DNA of 45,775 bases from an uncultured Pseudomonadota bacterium (GCA_964415095.1 CAYPYR010000001.1:8583-54357), one strand, 5' to 3'; counted from the first letter of the stretch, positions 1 through 9,377 are shown. Numbers and translations: made by a program. Notes: generated by a model not told the origin, from the letters alone.

Positions 1-849
1 TGCAGATGCCGTCATACGATCAACAATTTTTAATGACGGCTCACGATCAATATAATCTTTAGCTTTAACAATCAGATATCGAGCGGCTCCATCAAGCACC
101 GAATCGGAAACTATACCACTGAAAGATGAATCATCATGTTCATTTTGAACATACATAAACGATTTTTCTATCCCCGGTTCTTCCTGAACTTCAGCATCTT
201 GTTTTTTATTAATTGCAGACTCACCTAAAGATAACCATTCTATGCTAGCAATTTCTTGAATTTCGTCAGAAAAATCAATCGACTGACTTATGGCTATATC
301 ATCAAGCGAGTTAATAGTTAAAATTTGCAAAGTACTTCCTGTAGCTATGGCAACTTGATTTAAAAAAGGATGCCATTTTGCTGCAGAAACAGGACGTGAA
401 AAACTTTTACTTTTAGGAAGATCGCCATCTTTTTGCCAAATCCAATATTCTTGACGATTTAAGCCATTAAAGGTAAAAACTAAATCACCTTTTGCATTAA
501 ATTGATAATTTTTTTCTGGAATAAAAAAATCCAATATCTGGTTCGATACTGGATGTAAAGGTTGATAATAATCATGAAAGGGTTGGAGATTACAATGCAT
601 GTGCGCAGTTCTTATATAATTGAATTTTTTATTTTGTGCATTGACATCAAAAAAACATGTGCGCAATAAACCATCGTGCCACATAACAGCAACATGATTT
701 GCATCGTCACTCCACGTAATTGATCGCACAGGAATGTTTATTTTATTTTCGTTACATACTACTTTTGATTGTGCATTTATTAAACTAGTGATCAATAACG
801 TGCAAATGCTAAAAAGTAAGCTATAAAATATTTTTTGATTTCTAAACAT
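1..849 (-). CDS. hypothetical exported protein with WD40/beta-propeller-like repeats; C-terminus runs off the window
   Basis: Absent from the ORF track because there is no stop inside the window. Manual reverse-complement translation from the ATG at 849..847 stays open to base 1 (283 codons; no TTA/CTA/TCA triplets in + frame 1). The N-terminus MFRNQKIFYSLLFSICTLLITSLINAQS looks like a Sec signal peptide. Segments SITWSDDANHVAVMWHDG and AAKWHPFLNQVAIATGSTLQIL resemble WD-type repeats. Confidence 0.55.
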   Translation of the reverse strand, partial: MFRNQKIFYSLLFSICTLLITSLINAQSKVVCNENKINIPVRSITWSDDANHVAVMWHDGLLRTCFFDVNAQNKKFNYIRTAHMHCNLQPFHDYYQPLHPVSNQILDFFIPEKNYQFNAKGDLVFTFNGLNRQEYWIWQKDGDLPKSKSFSRPVSAAKWHPFLNQVAIATGSTLQILTINSLDDIAISQSIDFSDEIQEIASIEWLSLGESAINKKQDAEVQEEPGIEKSFMYVQNEHDDSSFSGIVSDSVLDGAARYLIVKAKDYIDREPSLKIVDRMTASA

Positions 850-874
850 CAATCGCCCCACGCTAACTTTTTTA

Positions 875-1519
875 TTATTCTAGAAAAAGAGTGCGTGGCG
901 TAAGTTGATCTTGTTGCTGAGGAACACATGCATCATCACTCGATGCACCCTCGTGTAATGCTAATTGTTGCTTGCGTACCAGTTTAGGTTGCAATCTCGA
1001 TGATCCTGAACTTTCAGTCACCTTACTTGCCTGAATAGTTTGGAGAACATGATCGCTATATCTATCCAGATTGGTGATAATTTCGATTGCTCCATTTTTA
1101 TTACCCACTACAGCCCAAGATCGATCCGGAGAAATTCTATATATTAATGGATGATTGCGATACAGTTTTTTTAGAACGCCATAGTAAAACTCGCGACGCT
1201 TTGTAGGCGATATAAGTGTTTCTTTATAAATCTTTACTGGCACAAACATATACCCCTCAACTGGAGCACCTTCCTTCAGTTCTATACATTCAGGATAGTT
1301 GCCCTTGCGATTAAAATATACACGCGGCAATTCAGATTTTTCATCAAATTCTATCGTCTTGAGTTGCTCACCAGGAGTAGTCAAATGCCATTTCCATTTT
1401 TTAAAAATAGTTTCAGTTTCAGATTCTAACAGTGTTGGTGTAGGGGGAATGGCAATAATAGGAGTAATATTTATTACTACTAAAATGGTTAACCCGTATA
1501 ATAAACTTTTTCTAATCAT
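875..1519 (-). CDS. hypothetical protein with N-terminal signal peptide/anchor
   Basis: 214-aa ORF. The N-terminus MIRKSLLYGLTILVVINITPIIAIPP is hydrophobic. I recognise no conserved motif. It is co-directional with, and 25 nt upstream of, the 1..849 gene. Confidence 0.5.
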   Translation of the reverse strand: MIRKSLLYGLTILVVINITPIIAIPPTPTLLESETETIFKKWKWHLTTPGEQLKTIEFDEKSELPRVYFNRKGNYPECIELKEGAPVEGYMFVPVKIYKETLISPTKRREFYYGVLKKLYRNHPLIYRISPDRSWAVVGNKNGAIEIITNLDRYSDHVLQTIQASKVTESSGSSRLQPKLVRKQQLALHEGASSDDACVPQQQDQLTPRTLFLE

Positions 1520-1634
1520 TCCCTAAACCTCTAGCGTTAATCACTCATTGAACCCGAAATACATTTGAGCTGTTTTCTACAATTTACTGTTAACATTCAT
1601 CACTAAAATCTTCAATTTCTGTTGCATCAAATTC

Positions 1635-1931
1635 TTAGAAATCATTGCTCATTAAATTATTTTGCTGTGGAAGCAAAAGTCTACCCAAAAAAACACATTC
1701 AGATTGACCATCTTCAGATCGTAAGAGAATCATGTTTTCAGTCACTTCATAATCTGTAAATTCAAAATCTAACTCTCGTTTGCCCACATAAACAATTGGA
1801 CTTTCTGGATCAGTAACATATACCTTCTTATTATTGCTATCGAGAATAACTTCTAAATCATTTCCAGCATGTAAGCTAGTGAGGCCCAACGCTAAGACTA
1901 GTGACGCTACTTGTAATTTAATGTTTTTCAT
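1635..1931 (-). CDS. small exported hypothetical protein
   Basis: The track ORF begins at a TTG (1949). The ATG at 1931 gives MKNIKLQVASLVLALGLTSLHAGN, a classic signal peptide. The N-terminal pattern is paralogous to that of the upstream neighbour. Confidence 0.5.
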   Translation of the reverse strand: MKNIKLQVASLVLALGLTSLHAGNDLEVILDSNNKKVYVTDPESPIVYVGKRELDFEFTDYEVTENMILLRSEDGQSECVFLGRLLLPQQNNLMSNDF

Positions 1932-1949
1932 AATTTTACTTTCATGCAA

Positions 1950-2444
1950 TTAATCTAGATTTAAATAATATATTTTCTTGGGAGTAGTAGGTGTTTTCAC
2001 ATAATCACCATCGGGTAAATCAAAGCCTACTGGTTTCGGCAATGTTGAAGCATTCAGAGAATAAAGACTTTCTGTATAGCTCTCTTCGGGTGTATGTTGA
2101 GGAACATCTTGTTGTACTTCGAATGACTCTATCCCATCATGTAACGAAAATTCGACTTGTTCATTTTCCCAAGGTGTTGAACCAATCAATGAAACATACC
2201 CTTGTTTAGGAATAACAGAATCGAGCACAACGTGAACTTTATCTGGATTTACTTGAAAAGACGCATGTCGTTTCACGCTATAAGATTCACCATCCTCAAA
2301 ATTCAAGATAATTGAGCCATTTTCATGTATATCAACTGCGACATCCGGTAATATCCCACCAAACTCATCAAACCCAGTTGCTTGTAGAATACTTATTCCA
2401 CAGATTAACCCAAATGCAGCCAATTGTAATTTAAATTTTTTCAC
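1950..2444 (-). CDS. small exported hypothetical protein (start re-assigned to GTG)
   Basis: The ORF 1950..2486 contains a GTG at 2444..2442 preceded by GGAGGGG (rc of 2451-2457) with a 6-nt spacer. This gives (M)KKFKLQLAAFGLICGISILQATG, a signal peptide. The ATG at 2486 has no SD and lies about 5 nt from the predicted transcription start. Confidence 0.55.
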   Translation of the reverse strand: MKKFKLQLAAFGLICGISILQATGFDEFGGILPDVAVDIHENGSIILNFEDGESYSVKRHASFQVNPDKVHVVLDSVIPKQGYVSLIGSTPWENEQVEFSLHDGIESFEVQQDVPQHTPEESYTESLYSLNASTLPKPVGFDLPDGDYVKTPTTPKKIYYLNLD

Positions 2445-2497
2445 TGATTTCCCCTCCAATAAAACATAATCATAATTTATTGACATATAGTATATTT

Positions 2498-2525
2498 ATT
2501 GTACTAAATGGCAAAAAAAAGTCAA
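2498..2525 (-). promoter_or_regulatory. sigma70-type promoter for the exported-protein gene array
   Basis: On the minus strand: TTGACT (2525..2520), a 16-nt spacer, then TACAAT (2503..2498). These are the same two hexamers as in the rplM promoter at 25499-25527. Confidence 0.5.
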
Positions 2526-2632
2526 TAATCCCTAAAAACCCTATAAACACATAAATTTAGGTGAAAAATGCTTTACTAAATCAGGTTTAACCTGTATCTT
2601 TCCAGTATAAAGCCTTTAAAAAAGACCTATAA

Positions 2633-2707
2633 GGCCCCATCGTCTAGCGGTTAGGACGTTGCCCTCTCACGGCAGAGACGGGGGTTCGATTCCCCCTGGG
2701 GTCACCA
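2633..2707 (+). tRNA. tRNA-Glu (anticodon CUC), CCA encoded
   Basis: Hand-folded cloverleaf: acceptor GGCCCCA/TGGGGTC, D-arm GTCT-AGCGGTTA-GGAC, anticodon arm TTGCC-CT[CTC]AC-GGCAG, variable loop AGAC, T-arm GGGGG-TTCGATT-CCCCC, discriminator A, CCA. It closely resembles the bacterial tRNA-Glu scaffold. Confidence 0.9.
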
Positions 2708-2950
2708 AGATTCATCTACATCAACCACTTTTTCTACCTGCGGCACTTCACGTCGCAATGATTCCTCAACCATTAGTTTTAAGGTATACGTTGATGCGGG
2801 ACAACCAATACAGTTACCCTGCAATTTAACGTAGACTACCCCATCTTCAAATCGTACTAACGAAATATCACCGCCATGAAGATAAAAGTTTGGCTTGAGC
2901 ATATCGAGTACTTCTTGAATTTGACTAACGATTACTTCGTTACTGAGCAT
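2702..2950 (-). CDS. NifU C-terminal-domain (Nfu-type) Fe-S cluster protein
   Basis: 82 aa. The motif LHGGDISLVRFEDGVVYVKLQGNCIGCPASTYTLK carries the CxxC of NifU-like domains. The stop codon overlaps the 3' end of tRNA-Glu on the opposite strand. Confidence 0.8.
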   Translation of the reverse strand: MLSNEVIVSQIQEVLDMLKPNFYLHGGDISLVRFEDGVVYVKLQGNCIGCPASTYTLKLMVEESLRREVPQVEKVVDVDESW

Positions 2951-2996
2951 GAGACACCTAGATTGAAAAATTATTATAAAATATATTTAAAAAAAT

Positions 2997-3025
2997 AAGC
3001 GCCGGTAATTAAACTGCCGACGCTT
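2997..3025 (-). terminator. rho-independent terminator after rplQ (end of the ribosomal super-operon)
   Basis: Hairpin aagcgccgg / ccgacgctt (8 bp with one mismatch, 11-nt loop). On the minus strand it is followed by ATTTTTTT. It lies 24 nt past the rplQ stop. Confidence 0.45.
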
Positions 3026-3048
3026 AAATTTTTTAGCAAAGTTAGTGA

Positions 3049-3408
3049 TTAAGATACCCACTCAAGGCGAGCCATCTCAGATGTATCACTCATACGTTTA
3101 CCAAGACGAATTACACGAGTGTAACCACCTGGGCGATTAACGTATTGTGGTGCAATATTCTTAATCATCTTCTCAACCGCTTCAGGGCTGTAAGGCAATA
3201 ACGCTTTTACGCGACGAATAGTGTTAAAATTCCAACCTTCACGTGAAATAGTAACAATCTTCTCAGCTACGCGTTGCACTTCTTTAACCCGTGCTCGTGT
3301 ACTTTGTAACACACCAAATTTAATAAGGTGAATTACTTGGTTTCTAATGAGCGAGCGACGATGCGGCGATTTTAGATTTAACTTTTTTTTACCAATTTGA
3401 TGATTCAT
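3049..3408 (-). CDS. rplQ: 50S ribosomal protein L17
   Basis: 119 aa; SPHRRSLIRNQVIHLIKFGVLQSTRARVKEVQRVAEKIVT; directly follows rpoA. Confidence 0.95.
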   Translation of the reverse strand: MNHQIGKKKLNLKSPHRRSLIRNQVIHLIKFGVLQSTRARVKEVQRVAEKIVTISREGWNFNTIRRVKALLPYSPEAVEKMIKNIAPQYVNRPGGYTRVIRLGKRMSDTSEMARLEWVS

Positions 3409-3410
3409 AA

Positions 3411-4463
3411 TTATAGCCCATCCTCTTGCTCTTTAATCATCTTTTTAAGATCTAATTCTTTAACGTTCATGCCAAGATGCAAGCCGAATGCTTTCAGAAT
3501 TTCTTTCACTTCACGTAATGATTTACGTCCGAAGTTTTTGATCTTAAGAATATCTTCTTCTGTTAAATTAATCAGATCAATCACGCGACGTATGCCGGCA
3601 TTAATCAAACAATTATGGGCACGCACTGAAAATTCAAGTTCTTCAATTGGCTTTAGGAACAACTCAACAGGCAATCCTTTTGTTGGACTCTTATAATCAG
3701 TACCAACGATTCCCTTAACTTCAAGATCTTCTGCTTGTGAAATTTCATTAAATGGAATTTCAGTTACCGTTAAGAAATGCTCTAATTGCGTACGTAACAC
3801 TGATGTTGCGTAATGCACAACATCTTGTGGACCTACGGTTCCGTTTGTATGAACGCTCAAAGTAAGCTTGTCATAATCAATCGATTTACCAACACGAGTT
3901 TTTTCAACCATATATTCTACGCGACGTACTGGTGAAAAAGTTGCATCAAGGAAAATGCGATCGTCTTGTTGAAGCGGCTCACCTTCAGGCCATTGGGCTG
4001 ATTGATAACCACGTCCAGTTTCAACATAAAACTCTATTTCAAGCTGTCCATCTTTTGCAACATGCGCAAGCACATGATCTTTATTCAGTACTTGTAGATG
4101 TTCATCAGTGGTAATATCGCTACCACGAGCCACATGTTCACCGTTGCAAGAAAGATGCATTTTGCCGGGCTTACCCGTCTTATTTTTAATTACAAGCCCT
4201 TTAATATTGAGCACAATTTGAAGCACATCTTCAATAACACCGGATAACGATGAGAACTCATTATTTGTTCCCTTGATAACCACGGATGTTACTGCACTAC
4301 CTTCAACTGAAGCGAGGAGGACACGGCGCAGAGCATTACCCAAGGTAATACCAAAACCGGGCTCCAATGGTTGAGCAATAAGCTCACCAAAGCTCTCAGT
4401 TGATTTTTTTGTGTCCCATGAAATCTGGGGCAATATTAACGGTTTATACTCCATTTCATTCAT
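3411..4463 (-). CDS. rpoA: DNA-directed RNA polymerase alpha subunit
   Basis: 350 aa. N-terminal domain motif ITLGNALRRVLL and C-terminal domain LEFSVRAHNCLINAGIRRVIDLINLTEEDILKIKNFGRKSLREVKE. Confidence 0.97.
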   Translation of the reverse strand: MNEMEYKPLILPQISWDTKKSTESFGELIAQPLEPGFGITLGNALRRVLLASVEGSAVTSVVIKGTNNEFSSLSGVIEDVLQIVLNIKGLVIKNKTGKPGKMHLSCNGEHVARGSDITTDEHLQVLNKDHVLAHVAKDGQLEIEFYVETGRGYQSAQWPEGEPLQQDDRIFLDATFSPVRRVEYMVEKTRVGKSIDYDKLTLSVHTNGTVGPQDVVHYATSVLRTQLEHFLTVTEIPFNEISQAEDLEVKGIVGTDYKSPTKGLPVELFLKPIEELEFSVRAHNCLINAGIRRVIDLINLTEEDILKIKNFGRKSLREVKEILKAFGLHLGMNVKELDLKKMIKEQEDGL

Positions 4464-4546
4464 GCAATGCTCCTAAAGAATTGAATAATTATTGCGTAAT
4501 GCACACTAACCACCACAGTACTGTCAGTACTTGTGTATACCAACTA

Positions 4547-5170
4547 TTACTTCGAGTACAACTCAACAATCAAATGTTCTTCAATAGGCATTTGAATATC
4601 GGTACGTTGTGGTTCGCGTAACATAACTCCTGCAAATTCTTGTTTTTTCAATTCAAGCCATTCAGGAACTTTGATCGCTATTTGCAAACGTTTGTTAACC
4701 ACATTTTGCATGAACGCTTCTTTCTTATGCGCACCAGCTGCTAATGAAATCACATCACCAACTGAAACAATAAAGGAAGGAGTACGTACACGGCGGTCAT
4801 TTACCAAAACGTGTCCGTGGACAACGATTTGACGTGCTTGCATGCGAGATGTTGCCATTTTTAAGCGGAACAATACGTTATCTAAGCGACGCTCCATGTA
4901 GCTGAGCAGTGTTTCACCGGTAACACCTTTGCTTTTCAAAGAGAGTTCAAAGAAACGTTTGAACTGACGCTCAGAAACGCCATAAATAAATTTAACTTTT
5001 TGTTTTTCGCGCAATTGTTTTCCATATTCGGAACCCTTTGCGGTACCATGACGCTTGCCATGTTGACCAGGTGTTGTCGAACGACGTTCAAGTGCACAGC
5101 GAGTTGCCTTGCTGCATAGCTTTTCACCAATCTTACGACACTTTCTGCAGCCCGTTGTTAATTTTGCCAT
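4547..5170 (-). CDS. rpsD: 30S ribosomal protein S4 (Cys-cluster N-terminus)
   Basis: 207 aa. S4 domain RLDNVLFRLKMATSRMQARQIVVHGHVLVNDRRV. N-terminal cysteines CRKCRKIGEKLCSKATRC. Confidence 0.96.
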   Translation of the reverse strand: MAKLTTGCRKCRKIGEKLCSKATRCALERRSTTPGQHGKRHGTAKGSEYGKQLREKQKVKFIYGVSERQFKRFFELSLKSKGVTGETLLSYMERRLDNVLFRLKMATSRMQARQIVVHGHVLVNDRRVRTPSFIVSVGDVISLAAGAHKKEAFMQNVVNKRLQIAIKVPEWLELKKQEFAGVMLREPQRTDIQMPIEEHLIVELYSK

Positions 5171-5212
5171 AATATCCCTATTATCTAAATACTATATTTG
5201 CTTGATACGATC

Positions 5213-5596
5213 TTATACGCGGCGTTTTTTAGGTGGACGGCAACCATTATGAGGAAGCGGCGTCACATCGCGAAGCACAGTTACTGAAAGTCCAGAAGAC
5301 TGTAATGCTCGCACTAAGGAATCACGTCCCGATCCCGGACCTTGCATGTTTACTTCTACGGTGCGTACACCAATATCAAGCAATTCTTTTGCAATTTTAT
5401 TCCCGATTTGTGTTGCAGCAAATGGAGTTCCTTTACGGGATCCTTTAAAACCTAATTGCCCACAACTACCACGGGTAATCACATCACCACTTAACGTGGT
5501 TACTGAAACTAAGGTATTATTAAAACTTGATTTGATGTGTGCAAGTACACTTTCTACCTTAATTTGTTTTTTCTTTGAAGTTTTTTTATATGCCAT
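5213..5596 (-). CDS. rpsK: 30S ribosomal protein S11
   Basis: 127 aa; SFNNTLVSVTTLSGDVI and GFKGSRKGTPFAA. Confidence 0.96.
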   Translation of the reverse strand: MAYKKTSKKKQIKVESVLAHIKSSFNNTLVSVTTLSGDVITRGSCGQLGFKGSRKGTPFAATQIGNKIAKELLDIGVRTVEVNMQGPGSGRDSLVRALQSSGLSVTVLRDVTPLPHNGCRPPKKRRV

Positions 5597-5625
5597 AAAT
5601 TCCTATGTACTATTTCCCGATAATG

Positions 5626-6015
5626 CTATTTTTTGTTTGGCATCTTTTTCTTAGGCACTACACCGCCAGACTTACGTGGACCTTTACGCGTGCGTGCATT
5701 TGTCTTTGTTCGTTGACCGCGTACGGGAAGTGAACGTTTATGACGCGTTCCTCTATACGAACCAATTTCCTGCAAACGCTTAATATTAAGGGTTATTTCC
5801 TTGCGCAAATCCCCTTCAACGGTAAAATCTGTCGTAATAATTTTTTGGATTGCTGCAATTTCTTCACCCGTTAAATCTTTAATACGGGTATCGAGATTGA
5901 TTTTTGCATCATTCAAAATTCTGCGTGATGTGGTAAGACCAATACCATATAAATAGGTTAAACCTATTTCAACTCGCTTATCTTTAGGAAGTATAACTCC
6001 TTCTATGCGGGCCAT
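5626..6015 (-). CDS. rpsM: 30S ribosomal protein S13
   Basis: 129 aa; [26 protein letters not shown]; basic C-terminal tail. Confidence 0.96.
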   Translation of the reverse strand: MARIEGVILPKDKRVEIGLTYLYGIGLTTSRRILNDAKINLDTRIKDLTGEEIAAIQKIITTDFTVEGDLRKEITLNIKRLQEIGSYRGTRHKRSLPVRGQRTKTNARTRKGPRKSGGVVPKKKMPNKK

Positions 6016-6118
6016 TCAGAAACTCCTGCAGCACTATTTGTTTTTTTTATTGTAAATTCCATATCATAATACTCTGTAATGCTCATTGCAAAAAAATTTG
6101 CCTCCATTATTGCAAACC

Positions 6119-6235
6119 TTAACCTTGACGTTGTTTATGACGTGGGTTTTTTTGGCAAATAATGCGTACTACACCTTTGCGGCGTATTACTTTACAATCA
6201 GCACATGCTTTTTTGACCGATGTACGTACTTTCAT
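6119..6235 (-). CDS. rpmJ: 50S ribosomal protein L36 (zinc-binding form)
   Basis: Below the ORF-track size cut-off. Manual translation gives [38 protein letters not shown] (38 aa), with a CxxC...C...H motif. It sits in the canonical infA-rpmJ-rpsM position. Confidence 0.93.
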   Translation of the reverse strand: MKVRTSVKKACADCKVIRRKGVVRIICQKNPRHKQRQG

Positions 6236-6317
6236 TATCAATCTTTCTACAATATCATTATTAATAACGTTAATAAATTATTTAGACCAGTAATTTCAAA
6301 ATTTTTTCGAGGCATAA

Positions 6318-6542
6318 TTATTTATAACGAGACACAATCCGTCCGCGAGTTACATCATAAGAAGATAATTCAACGGCAACACGGTCTCCTGGAACTAAAC
6401 GAATATAATGCATTCGCATCTTACCAGAAATATGCGCTAAAACCAAATGCCCTCCTTCAACTTTAACACGGAAACGTGCATTCGGAAGCGCTTCTTCAAC
6501 AACACCATCCACACGGATGATATCATCTTTTTTATTTTTCAT
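6318..6542 (-). CDS. infA: translation initiation factor IF-1
   Basis: [47 protein letters not shown]. The track ORF starts at a TTG (6551). The ATG at 6542 has AAGAGGA upstream at a usable spacing. Confidence 0.93.
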   Translation of the reverse strand: MKNKKDDIIRVDGVVEEALPNARFRVKVEGGHLVLAHISGKMRMHYIRLVPGDRVAVELSSYDVTRGRIVSRYK

Positions 6543-6562
6543 AATAATCAAAATCCTCTTAA

Positions 6563-7324
6563 TTATGCCAAACGAGTAAGTATATCTGGGCCGACTTCAG
6601 TAATTGCTACGGTGTCTTCAACATGTCCTGCGAGACTTCCATCACGCGTATGCGCGGTCCAACCGTCTTGTGCAATTCTTATCGCATAATTTCCTGCAGT
6701 AATCATGGGCTCAATAGCAAAAACCATGCCCGCCTGCAAGATGGGTCCTTTGCCCGGAACACCAAAATTAGGTATTTGCGGATCTTCATGCATTTGTTTA
6801 CCAATTCCATGACCAACAAAATCCCGCACTACACCAAAACCTTCTTTTTCTACTTCTTGCTGAATTGCTGCAGAAATATCCGACAATCGATTTCCTGGAC
6901 AAGCAAGCTGAATTGCCCTATCCAAAGCTCGTTGTGCAACATCTACCAATCGCTTTGCCAGCGCTGGTGCCTCACCCACAAAATAACATCGTGCCATATC
7001 TGCACAATAACCTTTATATGCCCCTACTACATCTATTTTAACAAGATCTCCATTTTTGAGAACTATTTTTTCAGATGGTACGCCATGAACAACAACGTCA
7101 TTAAGCGAAATGCAGGTAGCGTGTCGGTATATCGTACGACCAGGATAACCTATACACATAGGAGTCAGATCTGCAGCACGCATTTCTTGCTCAATATATG
7201 TATCAATTTCAAGTGTTGTTACACCAGGGACTAATCGTTCAGACACCGAAGATAGTATCTTTGCCATCGCTTGACCAGCAATACGCATCTTTTCAATACT
7301 TTGTTTATCTTTAATCTTAATCAT
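6563..7324 (-). CDS. map: methionine aminopeptidase, type I
   Basis: 253 aa; [47 protein letters not shown] (M24A metal ligands). Confidence 0.95.
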   Translation of the reverse strand: MIKIKDKQSIEKMRIAGQAMAKILSSVSERLVPGVTTLEIDTYIEQEMRAADLTPMCIGYPGRTIYRHATCISLNDVVVHGVPSEKIVLKNGDLVKIDVVGAYKGYCADMARCYFVGEAPALAKRLVDVAQRALDRAIQLACPGNRLSDISAAIQQEVEKEGFGVVRDFVGHGIGKQMHEDPQIPNFGVPGKGPILQAGMVFAIEPMITAGNYAIRIAQDGWTAHTRDGSLAGHVEDTVAITEVGPDILTRLA

Positions 7325-7335
7325 ATGAAGCTACC

Positions 7336-8025
7336 TTAGGCATATTTAATCAGCAAATTCTGAAAAGCTTCATATGCTTCGGTTGGCGCTAAACGTTCAG
7401 TATTAATTGTTTCAAGCGAAGCAAATTGTAATTTCAAATAAGGCAATAATGCCGACGCATGTTTATGGTACTCAATCAATCTTGATTTAACCGTTGTCGC
7501 ATTATCATCGGCACGTTGTACAAGATGACTGTGACAAATATCACAGATCATATCCTGTGCAGGCACACGCGTCACTAAAGAATAAGGAGCCTGACAATCT
7601 TTATTAGCGCAAATTAACCGTGACTGCAAACGCTCTAAAATAACCGCATCTGGTATAGTAAATATAACTGGCACGATTCGCGCGTTACCGTCATGGGTTG
7701 TAATAAATTCTTGTAACGATTCCGCTTGTCCTAATGTACGAGGAAATCCATCTAAAATAACTCTATTATGAGTAGCTAATTTTTCTTGCAACCATACGAT
7801 TACCATTTTTGTAATAAGCGTATCAGGAATTAATATTCCTTTTTGCATGTAATGGTGCAATTGTTTACCAAGCTCAGTGCCAAGCTCTACATGCTTTCTG
7901 CTTTCATTGCCAGTTGAGAGGACTGGAATCCCAGCCTCTTCCTTTGCTCTGCCAGCTAATGTACCTTTTCCGGATCCCGGAGGGCCAAAAAATATAAAGA
8001 TCGTTTTCATTGGATCAAGAACCAT
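7336..8025 (-). CDS. adk: adenylate kinase (Cys4 LID)
   Basis: P-loop FFGPPGSGKGT, DGFPRTLGQAE, and LID CANKDCQAPY...CDICHSHLVQRADD. The start could instead be the ATG at 8010 (MKTIFIFF). Confidence 0.93.
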   Translation of the reverse strand: MVLDPMKTIFIFFGPPGSGKGTLAGRAKEEAGIPVLSTGNESRKHVELGTELGKQLHHYMQKGILIPDTLITKMVIVWLQEKLATHNRVILDGFPRTLGQAESLQEFITTHDGNARIVPVIFTIPDAVILERLQSRLICANKDCQAPYSLVTRVPAQDMICDICHSHLVQRADDNATTVKSRLIEYHKHASALLPYLKLQFASLETINTERLAPTEAYEAFQNLLIKYA

Positions 8026-8027
8026 AA

Positions 8028-9377
8028 TTAACGACCACTCCTGCCTCGCAACTTGCCGGTTGCAAGAAATCCTTCATAGCGTCTTTCAATAAGCGCTGAT
8101 TCAAGCTGCGCAGAAATATCAAGTGCAACCCCAACGATAATTAAAAGTGCCGTTCCAGAAAATACATATCCAGGATGCAATTTAAAAATGCCAATCAATA
8201 TACTTGGAAATACGACTAATACTGCTAAGTATACTGCTCCTGGAAATCCAACACGAGTTAACACATAATGAAAGAAGTCAGCTGTTTTGCGGCCGGGACG
8301 AATTCCTGGTACAAAACCACCTGATTTTCGTAAATTGTCTGCAAGCTCAACCGGATTAAATATGATTGCGGTATAAAAGAATGCAAAAAATATTACGAGA
8401 CCCGCAAGCAGCAAATTATATAAAATACCGTTCATATCTAACCAACGATTTGCTCCTTGGAGAAACGAAAATCGTGTTGATAGAAATTGTATTAACATAA
8501 TTGGCATAGCAATAGTATTGGACGCAAAGATGACGGGAACAACACCAGCAGGATTGATTTTAAGTGGTATATATGAACTTTGGCCTGCATACATTTTATT
8601 ACCAATAACACGTTTTGCATATTGAATAGGTATTTTTCTTAAACCTTTTTCAAGAAAAATAACACAAACAACAACCGTAAGCGTTATCGCTAAGAGAAAT
8701 AATGCTCGAATAATATCGATACCACCATGACCATTAATTAAATCATTTACTAGGCGAATAATTGAACCAGGAAGACCTGCAACAATACTGCCGAAAATCA
8801 ACATAGAACTACCGTTTCCTATACCATGCGATGAAATTTGTTCACCAAGCCACATCACAAACATAGAACCTACGGTAACAATAAGCACGGAAGAAAAATA
8901 AAATCCCCAGCTTTCTGGATTCCTAACAAACCCATTCACTGCAGCTATTTTTGCATATCCGTAACCTTGCACTACACTCAAAAACAATGTAAGATACCGC
9001 GTATACTGATTAATAATACGACGGCCATATTCTCCTTCTTTAGCTAGTTGCTCAAGCGATGGGATTGTAATGGTCAAAATTTGCATCATAATCGATGCAG
9101 TGATATATGGCCCAATACCAAGCGCAAAGATGGCATACCGTTTAAGCGCGCCACCCGCAACCAAATCAAGATAATTCAAAAACGCAGCAACGCCACCCGT
9201 TACCTCTTGCACTTCACGTGCAAGTTTTTCAGAATCGATACCAGGCAAAGGAATAAAACATCCAAGCCGATATACAATAAATACCCAAAATGTAAAAAAA
9301 CATTTCTTACGTAATTCAGGAACTAAAAAAACGTTTTTTAAATTATGAAGCAACACTACCACTGGCGATCTCCTCAT
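8028..9377 (-). CDS. secY: preprotein translocase subunit SecY
   Basis: 449 aa, about 10 hydrophobic spans, LGIGPYITASIMMQIL. It sits in the canonical rplO-secY-adk position. The 5' end overlaps the rplO 3' end, and a GTG/TTG start at 9356/9353 is possible. Confidence 0.95.
   Translation of the reverse strand: MRRSPVVVLLHNLKNVFLVPELRKKCFFTFWVFIVYRLGCFIPLPGIDSEKLAREVQEVTGGVAAFLNYLDLVAGGALKRYAIFALGIGPYITASIMMQILTITIPSLEQLAKEGEYGRRIINQYTRYLTLFLSVVQGYGYAKIAAVNGFVRNPESWGFYFSSVLIVTVGSMFVMWLGEQISSHGIGNGSSMLIFGSIVAGLPGSIIRLVNDLINGHGGIDIIRALFLLAITLTVVVCVIFLEKGLRKIPIQYAKRVIGNKMYAGQSSYIPLKINPAGVVPVIFASNTIAMPIMLIQFLSTRFSFLQGANRWLDMNGILYNLLLAGLVIFFAFFYTAIIFNPVELADNLRKSGGFVPGIRPGRKTADFFHYVLTRVGFPGAVYLAVLVVFPSILIGIFKLHPGYVFSGTALLIIVGVALDISAQLESALIERRYEGFLATGKLRGRSGR

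Noticed and set aside
4936-5130. Same-strand alternative-frame ORFs inside rpsD (4936-5130), rpsG (21552-21803) and fusA (21300-21503).
   Set aside because: They sit in alternative frames of highly conserved genes. There is no SD, no motif, and no frameshift signal that would give access to them.
6086-6466. 126-aa plus-strand ORF spanning the rpmJ-infA region.
   Set aside because: It overlaps two conserved minus-strand genes in antisense (rpmJ, found by hand, and infA). Its product is Tyr/Phe/Asn-rich with no motif.
6623-7234. 203-aa plus-strand ORF, the longest unexplained ORF in the track.
   Set aside because: It is entirely antisense to the well-supported map gene. The translation is low-complexity (Cys/Ile/Asn/Phe-rich) with no motif and no SD, so it is a shadow ORF of a conserved gene.
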